This document shows positions 11,785 to 22,323 of a stretch of DNA of 64,000 nucleotides, in pieces. Source of the stretch: Methylococcaceae bacterium (GTDB lineage Bacteria; Pseudomonadota; Gammaproteobacteria; Methylococcales; Methylomonadaceae). Location: the NCBI GenBank assembly GCA_049296695.1, contig JBAQSX010000061.1, positions 1 through 64,000 on the forward strand, given 5' to 3'. Position numbers and translations under genes: made by a program. Under the pieces are notes generated by a model that ran no database searches, was not told where the DNA came from, and was given only the letters and a program-made list of their open reading frames with translations. Position 1 is the first letter of the stretch. Every line of letters starts with the position of its first letter.

Positions 11785-12801
11785 TTAAAAATTGGCTAAA
11801 ATTTCTTGTTTTTTTGCCGCATAGTCATCGGCTGAAATTAACTCCGCTTCATAGAGTTGTTTTAATTTTTTTAATTTCGACATAGCCTCATCGCTATTAT
11901 CTAAAGGCTGAGTCGTTTGCACAGTTTGATTAAATGCCCCCGCCATAGTTTGCCCCAAACCCATACCAGCGGCTAAACTCATGCCTAAACCCGCCGCTCC
12001 AGCTTCATTTCGTGCCGCGTCACGCATGGCTTCTAATTGTTGCATTTTGGCATAATCTAAACCCACTGCTTGCGCGGCTTGGGCTTCTGCGGTCATATCG
12101 GCAATACGATTAATACGTTTTAAAGTATCTTCATCAAAACTAGTGCCTTCAATTCTAAAATCGGTTAATTCAAAACCTAATTTAGCAAAGCTTTCAGTTA
12201 ATTTAGAAGTTAATCCTTCGGTTATTTCTTCTCGATTGGCATCAATTTCAGTATAACTAAAATGGCTAGTGGCTAAATAATCCGCTAAAGGCTGCATTAA
12301 TCTCGCGCCCATGACTTTTCTAAAATCTTCAGCAGAAAAGTTATGATGTGCGCCGACTACATTAACAAAGAAATCTTGCGGATTAAAAATACGATAACTG
12401 TAATTACCAAACGCTCTTAAACCCACGGGAAATTTATAATGCGGGTCTTGATATTTAATTGCCGAACTCGTCCCCCATTTTTGGTCAAGAATCGTGCTAG
12501 TTTTAAAAAAATAAATACCGACTTTATGTTCGCTTTCAAAAAACTGCATAAAGCGACTAATCGTTGTCCAAAAAGGGATATTATCGGTTTTTAAATCAAT
12601 AATTCCTGATTTAGTGACTATGGCTTCTACTTTACCTTGATAGGTAAAAATACAGCCTTGTCCTGCATTAACAATTAATTTAGAAGCGTTTTTAATTTCA
12701 TCACCATTATCTGTCCATTGACTAAAAATATCCTCTGTTTGTGGGTTTGTCCATTCAATAACGGAACGTAATTGCCGTTTTAAACCATCAAATAATGCCA
12801 T
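11785..12801 (-). CDS. SPFH/band-7-like protein with C-terminal SHOCT domain
   Basis: 338 aa; C-terminal SKLKKLKQLYEAELISADDYAAKKQEIL is a SHOCT-type motif; N-terminal region resembles COG4260-type SPFH proteins. Confidence 0.55.
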   Translation of the reverse strand: MALFDGLKRQLRSVIEWTNPQTEDIFSQWTDNGDEIKNASKLIVNAGQGCIFTYQGKVEAIVTKSGIIDLKTDNIPFWTTISRFMQFFESEHKVGIYFFKTSTILDQKWGTSSAIKYQDPHYKFPVGLRAFGNYSYRIFNPQDFFVNVVGAHHNFSAEDFRKVMGARLMQPLADYLATSHFSYTEIDANREEITEGLTSKLTESFAKLGFELTDFRIEGTSFDEDTLKRINRIADMTAEAQAAQAVGLDYAKMQQLEAMRDAARNEAGAAGLGMSLAAGMGLGQTMAGAFNQTVQTTQPLDNSDEAMSKLKKLKQLYEAELISADDYAAKKQEILANF

Positions 12802-12832
12802 TGTTTACTCCTAAATAATTATTTTTGTCAGC

Positions 12833-12906
12833 ATCAGAATTTATAGAATTTTAGAATAAAAAGAATATTTATTTTGCTAATTCTCTAATTCTGAAAATTC
12901 TGATTT
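12833..12906. repeat. Degenerate MITE-A-like inverted repeat (atcagaattt ... aaattctgat)
   Basis: Terminal inverted repeats related to family A but with ga->aa substitutions. Confidence 0.4.
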
Positions 12907-12917
12907 TGATAATAAAT

Positions 12918-13484
12918 TCACTCTTCAAATTTATCGGTTTGACTATATTTTTCAGCAAGGCGTAATAATACTAAAACCGCGCCACTGCCACCGTCTTTAG
13001 GTGAAGCCGAACAAAAGGCTTGCACATCACGATGTTGTCTGAGCCATAAATTAAGATTATTTTTTAATACAGGTTGATTATCTAAAGAGCGATAACCTTT
13101 ACCATGCACAATATGCACACAGCGACAGCCATTATTAAGACAATCATGTAAAAAATACAGTAATTGGCGTTTAGCGTCAGAACTATTTAAACCATGTAAA
13201 TCAATTTCCGCATCAATACCAAATTGCCCTTGGCGCATTTTTTTTAAGGTATTAGGACGCAAACCATCAATCGTAAATTCTAGCCTGTCTTCTAAACCCA
13301 CGGTTTGTAAATCCGCAGAACTTTTAATCCACGGCATGTCGGGTACTAAATCGCGCGGCTTAGGCACGGGTTTGGGACGCTGACCACTTTGTGGGCTGAT
13401 TTTGTCTTGTTTGACCGCCCTGACTGTGCCGATACTTTGGCGAAATAAATCGCGGTCTTGAGGAGAAAGTGTTTTTTTTGCCAC
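12918..13484 (-). CDS. Smr-domain protein (SmrB/YfcN-like)
   Basis: 188 aa; C-terminal Smr domain DLHGLNSSDAKRQLLYFL...VHIVHGKG. Confidence 0.8.
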   Translation of the reverse strand: MAKKTLSPQDRDLFRQSIGTVRAVKQDKISPQSGQRPKPVPKPRDLVPDMPWIKSSADLQTVGLEDRLEFTIDGLRPNTLKKMRQGQFGIDAEIDLHGLNSSDAKRQLLYFLHDCLNNGCRCVHIVHGKGYRSLDNQPVLKNNLNLWLRQHRDVQAFCSASPKDGGSGAVLVLLRLAEKYSQTDKFEE

Positions 13485-13568
13485 GAACGCTGATTTTGAA
13501 TGCTATTGTTGCTAAGATGCTTGGATTTTATAGTTTATTTGCTTAAAGAGCCACCAAAGGACAGCTAA

Positions 13569-14321
13569 ATGTATATTTTGATAAGTAATGATGATGGCTA
13601 TACTGCTGAAGGTTTATTGGCATTGGTTGCCGCATTGAGTCAACACGCCGAAGTATCAGTGGTCGCGCCTGATAAAAACCGTAGCGGCGCGAGTAATTCA
13701 CTCACCTTAGAAATGCCGTTACGCGCTCATACTATGGAAAACGGTTTTATTCGCGTGGATGGTACGCCTACTGATTGCGTTCACTTAGCCATCACAGGTT
13801 TGTTGAAAAAAGAACCCGATATGGTGTTTACAGGGATTAATCATGGCGCGAATTTAGGCGATGATGTGCTGTATTCAGGCACAGTGGCGGCGGCAACCGA
13901 AGGGCGATTTTTAGGACTGCCTGCTGTGGCTTTATCGCTAGCTTGCGGTAATGAAGCCAAACATTTCAATACAGCAGCGCAAGTGGCGGTGACTTTGTTT
14001 AAACAACTCCTTGCCCATCCCTTGCCAGCCGACACCATTTTAAATGTGAATATTCCAGATTTGCCACTGCATGAATTACGCGGTTTTCAAGCCACACGCT
14101 TAGGACAGCGGCATAAATCTGAGCCTGTGATTAAAAGTGAAGACCAACGCGGTAGACCGATTTATTGGGTAGGGCCTGCGGGTGCTGAGCAAGATGCGGG
14201 TGAGGGGACAGATTTTTATGCGGTCAATAACGGTTATGTTTCAGTCACGCCCTTGCAATTAGATTTAACGTGGTATGAAAGGATTAATACGGTGAGAGAT
14301 TGGTTACATGAGGCTTTATAA
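13569..14321 (+). CDS. surE: 5'/3'-nucleotidase SurE
   Basis: 250 aa; [17 protein letters not shown]-terminus canonical for SurE. Confidence 0.95.
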   Translation: MYILISNDDGYTAEGLLALVAALSQHAEVSVVAPDKNRSGASNSLTLEMPLRAHTMENGFIRVDGTPTDCVHLAITGLLKKEPDMVFTGINHGANLGDDVLYSGTVAAATEGRFLGLPAVALSLACGNEAKHFNTAAQVAVTLFKQLLAHPLPADTILNVNIPDLPLHELRGFQATRLGQRHKSEPVIKSEDQRGRPIYWVGPAGAEQDAGEGTDFYAVNNGYVSVTPLQLDLTWYERINTVRDWLHEAL

Positions 14322-14363
14322 GAAAATCATAACTACTTAGCGCATTTTAATTATTCTATTGTT

Positions 14364-14563
14364 AGAATCAGGATTTACAGAATTTGGTGGTGCATCAAAA
14401 AAGTAGGCTAGTTAATATCAAACAATCGGAGTTCAAACCTAGGTTTGAACTCCAACTAAAATGGTGTTTTATTAAAATCTACTCTTTTGAGGCACTACCC
14501 AGAATTTCAAGATTCACAGGATTTATCCTGAAAATCCTATAATCTTGTAAATCCTGATTCAGA
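14364..14563. mobile_element. MITE family A copy 2 interrupted by nested MITE family B copy 2
   Basis: family-A left end tagaatcaggatttacagaattt (14364-) and right end aaatcctgattcaga (-14563), with family-B element (ggtggtgcatcaaaaaagtagg...ctactcttttgaggcactaccc) inserted internally. Confidence 0.7.
14387..14500. mobile_element. MITE family B copy 2 (nested inside family-A element)
   Basis: ~85% identical to 3254-3356 including TIRs and central gagttcaaacctaggtttgaactc palindrome. Confidence 0.7.
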
Positions 14564-14626
14564 CATAAAAGTAACAATTAATTAAACTAAATATAGTATT
14601 TTCAATTCACTATGTCCTTATAGCAC

Positions 14627-14690
14627 GGGAGTACAAACCTAGATTTGTACTTAAACACACTGGCACAAACCTAGGTTTGTACTCCATTGC
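14627..14690. repeat. Two tandem copies of the MITE-B core palindrome (gtacaaacctaggtttgtac)
   Basis: gggagtacaaacctagatttgtac ... cacaaacctaggtttgtactcc. Confidence 0.5.
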
Positions 14691-14730
14691 ATTGCATCAT
14701 TTTGATATGAAACTAGTATAGTCAGAATAA

Positions 14731-15564
14731 TTAAATCGGTTTAACGTAAATACAACCTTCAAATTCTACTGTTTTAAAATTATTACGTTGTTGCCATAAA
14801 GATTCGGTCGCGCCTAATAATAATGCGCCTTCAGCGGTAAGCATAGTGACCATAGTCGATAATATTTGACTACGCACCGTTGGGGTAAAATAAATAGTCA
14901 CATTACGGCATAGAATTAAATCAAACTTGCCTAAATGCGAAAAATTGCGCGTTAAATTAATAGTATCAAAATGAACCCGCAAACGAATATTGGGACGTAA
15001 TACCCAAGTTTGCTGTTGAGTTTGCTCAAAATACTTATTACGCCGCGCTAAAGATAAACCACGATTAATTTCAAAAGTATTATAGGTTGCCAATCTTGCG
15101 CTTTGCAGAGCCGTTTGAGAAATATCCATAGCGCGTATTGAAAACTGTCGTGCCAATTCTGGCTTTTTTTTAGCCTGACATAATTCATCAATTAATATCG
15201 CTAAAGAATAAGCTTCTTGACCTGTAGAACAACCCGCAATCCATATTTTAATATCATAACCGCGTTCTATTTTTTTTAATAATTCGGGTAATATCTTTTT
15301 TTCTAAAGCATTCCAACAAGAAGAATCTCTAAACCATAAGGTTTCATTAGTGGTCATTAAATTAATGACCGTGGGTAATAATCTATCAGGCTCAACTTGC
15401 AAACGTAATAATAATTGACTAAAAGTAGTTAATCCTAAACTTTGAGCAAAATCACTTAAGCGTGTCTGCACTAAATAATCTTGATCTTTATGTAAATAAA
15501 TACCGCATTGATCGTGTAATAGTTTGCTGATTTGTTCAAATTCTAAAGCGGTAATTGTTTGCAT
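14731..15564 (-). CDS. cheR: Chemotaxis protein methyltransferase CheR
   Basis: 277 aa; SAM-dependent MTase motif (IWIAGCSTGQEAYSLA). Confidence 0.9.
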   Translation of the reverse strand: MQTITALEFEQISKLLHDQCGIYLHKDQDYLVQTRLSDFAQSLGLTTFSQLLLRLQVEPDRLLPTVINLMTTNETLWFRDSSCWNALEKKILPELLKKIERGYDIKIWIAGCSTGQEAYSLAILIDELCQAKKKPELARQFSIRAMDISQTALQSARLATYNTFEINRGLSLARRNKYFEQTQQQTWVLRPNIRLRVHFDTINLTRNFSHLGKFDLILCRNVTIYFTPTVRSQILSTMVTMLTAEGALLLGATESLWQQRNNFKTVEFEGCIYVKPI

Positions 15565-15565
15565 G

Positions 15566-16684
15566 TTATCTTGCCATAACCAATTGCATAATTTTTTGAC
15601 TGAGTCTATGTAAAGGCACTATTTCATCGGCTAAACCCGCCTCATAAACACTACCCGGCATTCCCCAAACAATCGAAGAATCTTGATCTTGAATTAAACA
15701 CATTGCGCCTTTTTGTTTTAATGAACGCACCCCTTCAGTACCATCGCGTCCCATCCCCGTCATAATAATGGCTAATACTTTGCCTTTAAAACTAGCCGCT
15801 ACCGATTGAAATAAAACATCGACCGAAGGACGACAATTATTAACAGGTGGCGCGTCAGTGATGGCTAAATAAAATCCGCCTTCAAGATGCGAACGTATAA
15901 TTAAATGTTTACCGCCTTGAGCAATATAAATATGACCATCATTTAATTTCTCACCGCCTTTGACTTCACTGACTGATAAGGGCGATATTTCATTAAGTTT
16001 TATTGCCAACGATTCAGTAAACATGGGCGGCATGTGTTGCACAATAATAACAGGGCAAGGTAACTGAGCAGTTAATTGTGGGATTAATTGATCTAAAGCT
16101 TTAGGGCCGCCTGTAGAAATACCAATAACAATTAAATCAAATTTTCTTTTCTGTGTTAATGCGCCAAGAGCAGGTGATGCAATGCTTTGTTTAATAGTAG
16201 TAGGCGGTGTTATTTTTTCAATACTGCTTTCGACTACAGGTATTAAAGGTCGTCTTTGACTAAGGCGCGCATATTTTTTAGTTTGTAATAAATCAATAAA
16301 AGGTTTTAAATACTGGACTAATTCTTCAATACCTTGTTCGGGCTGACTGACTTTAGGTTTAGCAATAAAATCTAACGCGCCTATTTGCAAAGAACGCAAG
16401 GTTTCTTTGGCATTATTCATATCAAAACTACTAATCATAATGGCTTCAATACTAGGATGCGCCTGTTTAATTTGTTGCAAGGTCGCCACGCCGTCCATAT
16501 CAGGCATGACCACATCTAATAAGACTAAATCAGGTTGCAATTCATCAATTTTTCTTAAAGCGATTTGTCCAGAAGCGGCGGTGGCAACGCACTGCGCGTC
16601 ACTGATTTTATCAATCACTGCCAGCATAATTTGCCTGTAAGTAATACTATCATCAACGATAATAATTTTTATTTTATCATTCAT
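15566..16684 (-). CDS. cheB: Protein-glutamate methylesterase CheB (REC + methylesterase)
   Basis: 372 aa; N-terminal REC (IIIVDDS...LLDVVMPDMDG) and C-terminal methylesterase (GISTGGP, GMGRDG). Confidence 0.9.
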   Translation of the reverse strand: MNDKIKIIIVDDSITYRQIMLAVIDKISDAQCVATAASGQIALRKIDELQPDLVLLDVVMPDMDGVATLQQIKQAHPSIEAIMISSFDMNNAKETLRSLQIGALDFIAKPKVSQPEQGIEELVQYLKPFIDLLQTKKYARLSQRRPLIPVVESSIEKITPPTTIKQSIASPALGALTQKRKFDLIVIGISTGGPKALDQLIPQLTAQLPCPVIIVQHMPPMFTESLAIKLNEISPLSVSEVKGGEKLNDGHIYIAQGGKHLIIRSHLEGGFYLAITDAPPVNNCRPSVDVLFQSVAASFKGKVLAIIMTGMGRDGTEGVRSLKQKGAMCLIQDQDSSIVWGMPGSVYEAGLADEIVPLHRLSQKIMQLVMAR

Positions 16685-16708
16685 TAAAATTCCAGTTTTT
16701 ATAAGTTT

Positions 16709-17188
16709 TTACAAACGTTTAATTAATTGTTCTATAGCAAGAATAATAATAAATTGATTATTCTGTTGAATAAGTCCTGAAATAAATTCTTTTTTTTCAT
16801 TGGCAACATTGGGCAAAGGTGGCAAGATGTCTTTATCGTCAACTGTCACCGTTTCACCCATGCTATCGACTAAAATCGCTAAAGGGTCTTTAATTTCTAT
16901 GGCATTATTAAAATTTTTACGATTGAGTTTATTAAGCCTACTCAATTCCGCTTTGGTTTTTAAAATAATTAAAACTCTATCTTCTAAGGCTTTAGTCGAT
17001 TTTTGAATTAAAAAAAACTGTGGGTCTAATACCGTTAAAATCTGACCGCGTAAATTCATAATGCCAATAAAATACTCTTCGGCTTCGGGTACGGGACTAA
17101 TTTCATTAATACGCCCAATTTCTTTAGAGAGTAATATATCAATGGCATAACGTTCTGAACCCAAATAAAAACTAATAAATTGTCGCAT
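16709..17188 (-). CDS. cheW: CheW-like coupling protein
   Basis: 159 aa CheW domain protein. Confidence 0.85.
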   Translation of the reverse strand: MRQFISFYLGSERYAIDILLSKEIGRINEISPVPEAEEYFIGIMNLRGQILTVLDPQFFLIQKSTKALEDRVLIILKTKAELSRLNKLNRKNFNNAIEIKDPLAILVDSMGETVTVDDKDILPPLPNVANEKKEFISGLIQQNNQFIIILAIEQLIKRL

Positions 17189-17197
17189 GATGTTCTC

Positions 17198-20100
17198 TTA
17201 TAAGTATTTAGCGAGGGTTTTTAAAACTAATTCTTTATCTAATTTAACTAGCCATTCATTAAAGCCTGCTTTTTTACCTTCTGAAATAGTATGTTCATCA
17301 TTTAAAGTGGTTAAGGCAATGACAGGCATGGCGTGCCAACGTGGATTAGCACGAATATTTTTGACCATTTCTCGACCATCCATTAGCGGCATTTCTATAT
17401 CACTTAATACTAAATCAAATTCTTGTTGAGTTAATAATTCTAAACCTTCACGACCATTAGTCGCAGTAGTGACTTGATAACCACCGCTTAATACACATTC
17501 TTTAATAACTTTCATAAAAAAGGGCGTATCTTCAACTAATAAGACTCGCTTATCTTTGGCTTTTTCAGTATTAATCACTAATTTATCAACACTTTCAGGT
17601 TCACCCGCAGTTAAAATGGCATGTAAATCTAACATTAAAGTAATTTTGCCATCCAATAACATAGAACCGAGCATCCCTACCGTATTCATTGAAGTATTTT
17701 CCAGTTTAATGACGGTATTTTTAGTATCAATAACTTTATTAATTAATAAGGCGACTGGGATATTAGTGCGTTTGGGAATAATAATAGTGGCAACGCTATT
17801 ATAATTATTGGGTTTTTGTACGGGCAAACAATTTTCTAAGCGCAATAAACGTACTTGTTCACCACGGTATTCAATATATTCATTACCCGTAATCATTTGA
17901 ATACGTTTAGTTTCTAAAGTATCAATACGCCGTATCCACGATAACGCTAAGGCAAAATGTTCTTCGGTATTATTATCAAAAATTAATAATGATTGCGGTT
18001 CTTGTTCTACAGTGCGTTGCATAATTGGGGTAGATTCTTGCTGTAATTCAGTATAAGCGAGTTGATTATTTTGAATATAACCCTGCACATCAATAATCAT
18101 GGCAATAGTACCATCACCTAAAATACTCGTCCCCGAAAAGTTTTTTAAATTTTTAAAATAATCAGGCATGGGTTTGACCACAATTTCTTCACTGCCTAAA
18201 ATTTTATCAACAATAACCGCAACCCGGTTTCTTTCGGCTTTAATAATTAAAATAAATAAAGGTTTATCTTCGGCATTAAGTAATTCGGCTGGATTATTTA
18301 AGGCAATATTGAGACTGCTGGCTAAAGAAATTAAAGGAATAAATTTACCGCGCAAACATAACATGCGCTGTCCTTGAACTATGCCTACTTTATTAGCATA
18401 ATCACTGGCTTCTAATAACACCATTTCTTCTAAATTACCTTGCGGAAAAGCAAAACGACAACGTTGTACGCTAACAATTAATGCTGAAATAATTGCCATA
18501 GTTAATGGCAGGGTCATGGTAATACTGGTCCATTTACCTAATTCAGAATTAATATCAATGGTACCGCCACAAGCTTCAATATTGGTTTTAACCACATCCA
18601 TACCAATACCACGACCCGAAACTGCCGATACGGTTTCAGCGGTAGAAAAACCTGCGGTAAAGACTAAATTCATTTTCTCTTTTGCCGACATTTTTTCTAA
18701 CATGTCTTGGCTAATAATACCTTTTTGCAAAGCTTTAGCGGCAATAAACTCAGGGTCGATACCCGCGCCATCATCACTGAATTGAATTACCACTTGTCCG
18801 CTTTCATGAAAGGCTTTTTGTACTAAAGTACCACTGGGTGGCTTGCCTTTTTTTAAACGTTCTTGTGGATTTTCAATACCGTGGTCGGCCATATTTCTAA
18901 TAATATGGGTTACAGGGTCAGTTAATGATTCAATAATAGTTTTATCTAATTCAACATCCGCACCTTCGGTCACTAATTCTAATTGTTTATTTAAATCTTT
19001 TTCTAATTGACGAATTAAACGCGGGAAACGATTAAAAATAACTCCCACAGGCTGCATTCTGGTACTCATAATTTCTTCTTGCATTTCACTGGTAATGCGA
19101 TTGAAATTATGCAGAATAACTTTTAAACCATTCGTTTGCGGCGTTAAAGGTTCACAGACTCTAAAAATTTGATTGCGCACTAAAACTAATTCACCCGCTA
19201 AGTCAATTAATTTATTAAGGCGTTTGACGTGAACTCGAATACTCTCTTCGGTTTCACTGTGATGATTAGATACTAGGGTATCTTGTTCAATAATGGGTTT
19301 TTCAACAATAATACTGCTTTCTTGAGGCGCAATAACTGTTTTTATAATAATAGGGGCGGTTTCTATAAAAGTATTATTAGGTTTAGAAGGCGGTTCTTGT
19401 ATTTCGGGCTGTTTGAAATTTAATAAACGTTGACATAAAGAAGCAATATCAATGGCAGTATCATCGGCATACTGTTGTATTAATTGTATTAATACATCAT
19501 GCGCTTCTAATAAGGTATCAATATAATGCCCCTCGAGAATTAAATTGGCACTTTTAGCAAGACTTAAAATATCTTCCATAATATGGGTTAAATCAGCTAT
19601 TTTTTGCAAACCTAAAAAACCAGCACCGCCTTTAATAGTATGTACATAACGAAATAATTCATTCAGTGTGGGTATATCAAAAGGATTCACTTCTAAAGCC
19701 AGTAAACAGGTTTCAATACGCGCAATACACTCTTTGGCTTCTTCAATAAAACTGGCTAGTAAATCATCTTGATAATACTCTTCAAGCTCTTCTTTTTCAG
19801 GGCTTGAAGGCGGGTTTATTTCAATAGTTATTTTAGGTTGATTTTGCATATTGTCTACTAAAACTAAATCGCTATTATCCTCTTTAGCTAAAGCATTACT
19901 GCTATTATCAATTAATGCGCTAAGTTGCTGGCAATAACTATCAATGGCGATATTATTGCTGTTTTCTGAATCATCAATCATGCGCACTAACCTGTCTTTA
20001 CTGGCTAATAAGGCATCAATGTGATTATTATCTAATAGTATTTTATTAGTCCGCGCTAAACTCAGCACATTTTCCATGCTATGCGCTAATAAACTGATAT

Positions 20101-20278
20101 TACTTAAACCAAAAAAACCCGCACCGCCTTTAATAGTATGGACACTACGAAATACTTCATTTAATAGCGCGGGATCGTTGGCTTTATGTTCTAAAGCAAG
20201 TAGATTGGCTTCAATTAGAGGTAAATGTTCGCGTGCTTCTTCAATAAAGGTGAGAATTAAATCATCACTTTGTTGCAC
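17198..20278 (-). CDS. Hybrid CheA-type histidine kinase with two HPt domains, HATPase, CheW-like domain and C-terminal receiver (WspE/ChpA-like)
   Basis: 1026 aa; two HTIKGGAGF phosphotransfer motifs (~aa 47 and ~213), kinase G-box (DDGAGID, GRGIGMDVV), C-terminal REC (LLVEDTPF...LSDIEMPLMDG). Confidence 0.9.
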   Translation of the reverse strand: MQQSDDLILTFIEEAREHLPLIEANLLALEHKANDPALLNEVFRSVHTIKGGAGFFGLSNISLLAHSMENVLSLARTNKILLDNNHIDALLASKDRLVRMIDDSENSNNIAIDSYCQQLSALIDNSSNALAKEDNSDLVLVDNMQNQPKITIEINPPSSPEKEELEEYYQDDLLASFIEEAKECIARIETCLLALEVNPFDIPTLNELFRYVHTIKGGAGFLGLQKIADLTHIMEDILSLAKSANLILEGHYIDTLLEAHDVLIQLIQQYADDTAIDIASLCQRLLNFKQPEIQEPPSKPNNTFIETAPIIIKTVIAPQESSIIVEKPIIEQDTLVSNHHSETEESIRVHVKRLNKLIDLAGELVLVRNQIFRVCEPLTPQTNGLKVILHNFNRITSEMQEEIMSTRMQPVGVIFNRFPRLIRQLEKDLNKQLELVTEGADVELDKTIIESLTDPVTHIIRNMADHGIENPQERLKKGKPPSGTLVQKAFHESGQVVIQFSDDGAGIDPEFIAAKALQKGIISQDMLEKMSAKEKMNLVFTAGFSTAETVSAVSGRGIGMDVVKTNIEACGGTIDINSELGKWTSITMTLPLTMAIISALIVSVQRCRFAFPQGNLEEMVLLEASDYANKVGIVQGQRMLCLRGKFIPLISLASSLNIALNNPAELLNAEDKPLFILIIKAERNRVAVIVDKILGSEEIVVKPMPDYFKNLKNFSGTSILGDGTIAMIIDVQGYIQNNQLAYTELQQESTPIMQRTVEQEPQSLLIFDNNTEEHFALALSWIRRIDTLETKRIQMITGNEYIEYRGEQVRLLRLENCLPVQKPNNYNSVATIIIPKRTNIPVALLINKVIDTKNTVIKLENTSMNTVGMLGSMLLDGKITLMLDLHAILTAGEPESVDKLVINTEKAKDKRVLLVEDTPFFMKVIKECVLSGGYQVTTATNGREGLELLTQQEFDLVLSDIEMPLMDGREMVKNIRANPRWHAMPVIALTTLNDEHTISEGKKAGFNEWLVKLDKELVLKTLAKYL

Positions 20279-20289
20279 TGGTCTGACTC

Positions 20290-22323
20290 CTAATGTACGC
20301 CTTTAGCATTTAGCACGATGCCGTATTGTTTATCCGTTTTTAAAATATGATCTAATAACCAATCTTTTAAAAATTCTTGAATATCAGCGGCAATTACCAT
20401 GACATCATCAGTTTTTAATTGGCGTTGATAACCTCTGACTTTATTAACAAAAGCTTCATGAATGGCTTTATGTTGGGTGAGTTCGGGCCACTGATGTTCT
20501 GCTAAAAGTTTTTCTTCATAGCCAAAATGAAATACGGTGTAATCAGCCAAGTAATTCACAATATCTTCCATCGTTTCACGGCTGATTTTGTGTTTTAAAC
20601 CATAAGCTAAACGATTAATTAATTCGACTAAAATACCGTGTTGTCGATCGATTTCTTTAATACCGACACTATAGGTGGCTAAATCCCAAGTAATTAAGGG
20701 TGTTTCAGCACTGGTATTAGTATTTTTTGCAGTATCAAAACGATTTACTTGCGGCATTAAGGAAGGATTATTGGATTCAGCACTGCGATTACTTAAATAA
20801 CCCACATTATCGTTATATTGATCTTTAAAATTAAAAGCATTAACGCATTCAACTAAACGTTGCGCTAAATTAGATAATTCACTGGCATTTTGATGGCTTA
20901 AAGATATTTCTTGGGTCATTTTGCCCAATGTTGAACGCACTGAATGAATATTATCATTGACCTTTTTAATACTGGTTGAAACTTCGGTACTTGAATGCGC
21001 GGCTTCTTTAACCCCTGTCGCGGCTTCTTCTAAAGCGCGTGCTGAGCTTCTGGAGGCTTGTGAGGCTTCAGCGGCTGAACGGGTAATTTCTTTTAAACCT
21101 TTAGTGGCTTCTTGTAGATTTAATACTGATTCTTTACTGGCACCCGCAATACCTTCAACTGCCAAAGTAATAGTATCTGCCGAGGAACTTTGTTGCTCGA
21201 CCGATAAATCAATAGCGCGATTAATTTCGGCAACTTGATTAATAACGGTATTCACCGCTTGAGTATGTTCTAGGGCTTGCGCGGCATAACTTTGTATTTG
21301 TTCTATTTGATCGGCAATTTCATTATTGGCCTCAGCGGTTTGTTGCGCTAAATCTTTAATTTCACCCGCGACTACTGCAAAACCTTTACCCGCATCCCCT
21401 GCACTTGCCGCTTCAATAGTGGCATTTAATGCCAGCATATTGGTTTGCCCTGCAATACTGTCAATTAATTTAACCACGCGTCCAATTTTTTTAGCGGTTT
21501 CACTTAATTGATTCATGGTCATTAAGGTTTTTTGCGCACTGGCAGTGGCATCACCTGAAATACGCATAGCATTTTGCGCATTTTTAGCAATTTCAGACAT
21601 CGATACTGACATTCTTTCCGCAGAATTAGCCACGGTATTAATATCTTGAGAAATTCTATCGAAACTATGATTAATACCTACCATATTAGTCGATGCCTCT
21701 TCGGCACTGGCGGCGACAGTATTGATATTGGTACTTAATTCATAAACTGACGCGCTCACGGTACTAACATTACCTGAGGCTTCTTCAATTGAAACTGCCA
21801 TATTATTGGCATTAAAAGCAATATGTTCTGAAGAGGTTGCAGTTAATGCTAATCGACATTCGACATCATTGGCACTATCGGCAATAGTCGCTGAGGATTG
21901 TTTTAATTTTTCAGAAGCATTAGTGACATTACTCGCACTTTGGGTGACACGTTTAATAACATTGGCAATTCTATCGACAAAAGCATTAAAAACATCTGCC
22001 ATCGCGCTGGTTTGTTCATGATTAGTGCTTAAACGTTTATTAAAATCACCCTGCGCAATATCTTCGGCGGTCAGTGTTAATTTATTAATCGCTTGATGAA
22101 TTTCAATAATATCGTGATTGATTTTATTAGCGATAAAATAAGCGGCAATTAAACCTATAATACTGACGGGAATTGTGGCTAGTAAAAACTCACTTAAGAC
22201 AAATTCTGCTGAGCGTAACAAGCCGCTGGCTAAAAAAGCGAATGTTAATAAAACAGAAGTAAAACTTAATAAGAGCAATAAAATTGTTTTTGGGTTGTGC
22301 GTGTGCATGTTTGTTCCTAACAT
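20290..22323 (-). CDS. Methyl-accepting chemotaxis protein with C-terminal hemerythrin-like domain (DcrH-like O2 sensor)
   Basis: 677 aa; N-terminal TMs, MCP signalling domain; C-terminus [25 protein letters not shown]...HF..EE..L...HKAIHEAF...DWLLDHI matches bacteriohemerythrin H-H-E-H-H-D ligand pattern. Confidence 0.85.
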   Translation of the reverse strand: MLGTNMHTHNPKTILLLLLSFTSVLLTFAFLASGLLRSAEFVLSEFLLATIPVSIIGLIAAYFIANKINHDIIEIHQAINKLTLTAEDIAQGDFNKRLSTNHEQTSAMADVFNAFVDRIANVIKRVTQSASNVTNASEKLKQSSATIADSANDVECRLALTATSSEHIAFNANNMAVSIEEASGNVSTVSASVYELSTNINTVAASAEEASTNMVGINHSFDRISQDINTVANSAERMSVSMSEIAKNAQNAMRISGDATASAQKTLMTMNQLSETAKKIGRVVKLIDSIAGQTNMLALNATIEAASAGDAGKGFAVVAGEIKDLAQQTAEANNEIADQIEQIQSYAAQALEHTQAVNTVINQVAEINRAIDLSVEQQSSSADTITLAVEGIAGASKESVLNLQEATKGLKEITRSAAEASQASRSSARALEEAATGVKEAAHSSTEVSTSIKKVNDNIHSVRSTLGKMTQEISLSHQNASELSNLAQRLVECVNAFNFKDQYNDNVGYLSNRSAESNNPSLMPQVNRFDTAKNTNTSAETPLITWDLATYSVGIKEIDRQHGILVELINRLAYGLKHKISRETMEDIVNYLADYTVFHFGYEEKLLAEHQWPELTQHKAIHEAFVNKVRGYQRQLKTDDVMVIAADIQEFLKDWLLDHILKTDKQYGIVLNAKGVH

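Noticed and set aside
11236-14700. Possible CRISPR array suggested by recurring ~30-nt motifs
   Set aside because: Repeats are inverted (TIR) not direct, irregularly spaced and scattered kilobases apart; no cas genes.
16407-17429. 77-, 68-, 80-aa ORFs overlapping cheB/cheW/cheA
   Set aside because: Antisense to strongly supported chemotaxis genes; low-complexity Ser/Leu-rich translations.
20957-22021. Ala/Ser-rich ORFs antisense to the MCP gene
   Set aside because: Classic antisense artefact of the repetitive, Ala-rich MCP signalling domain.
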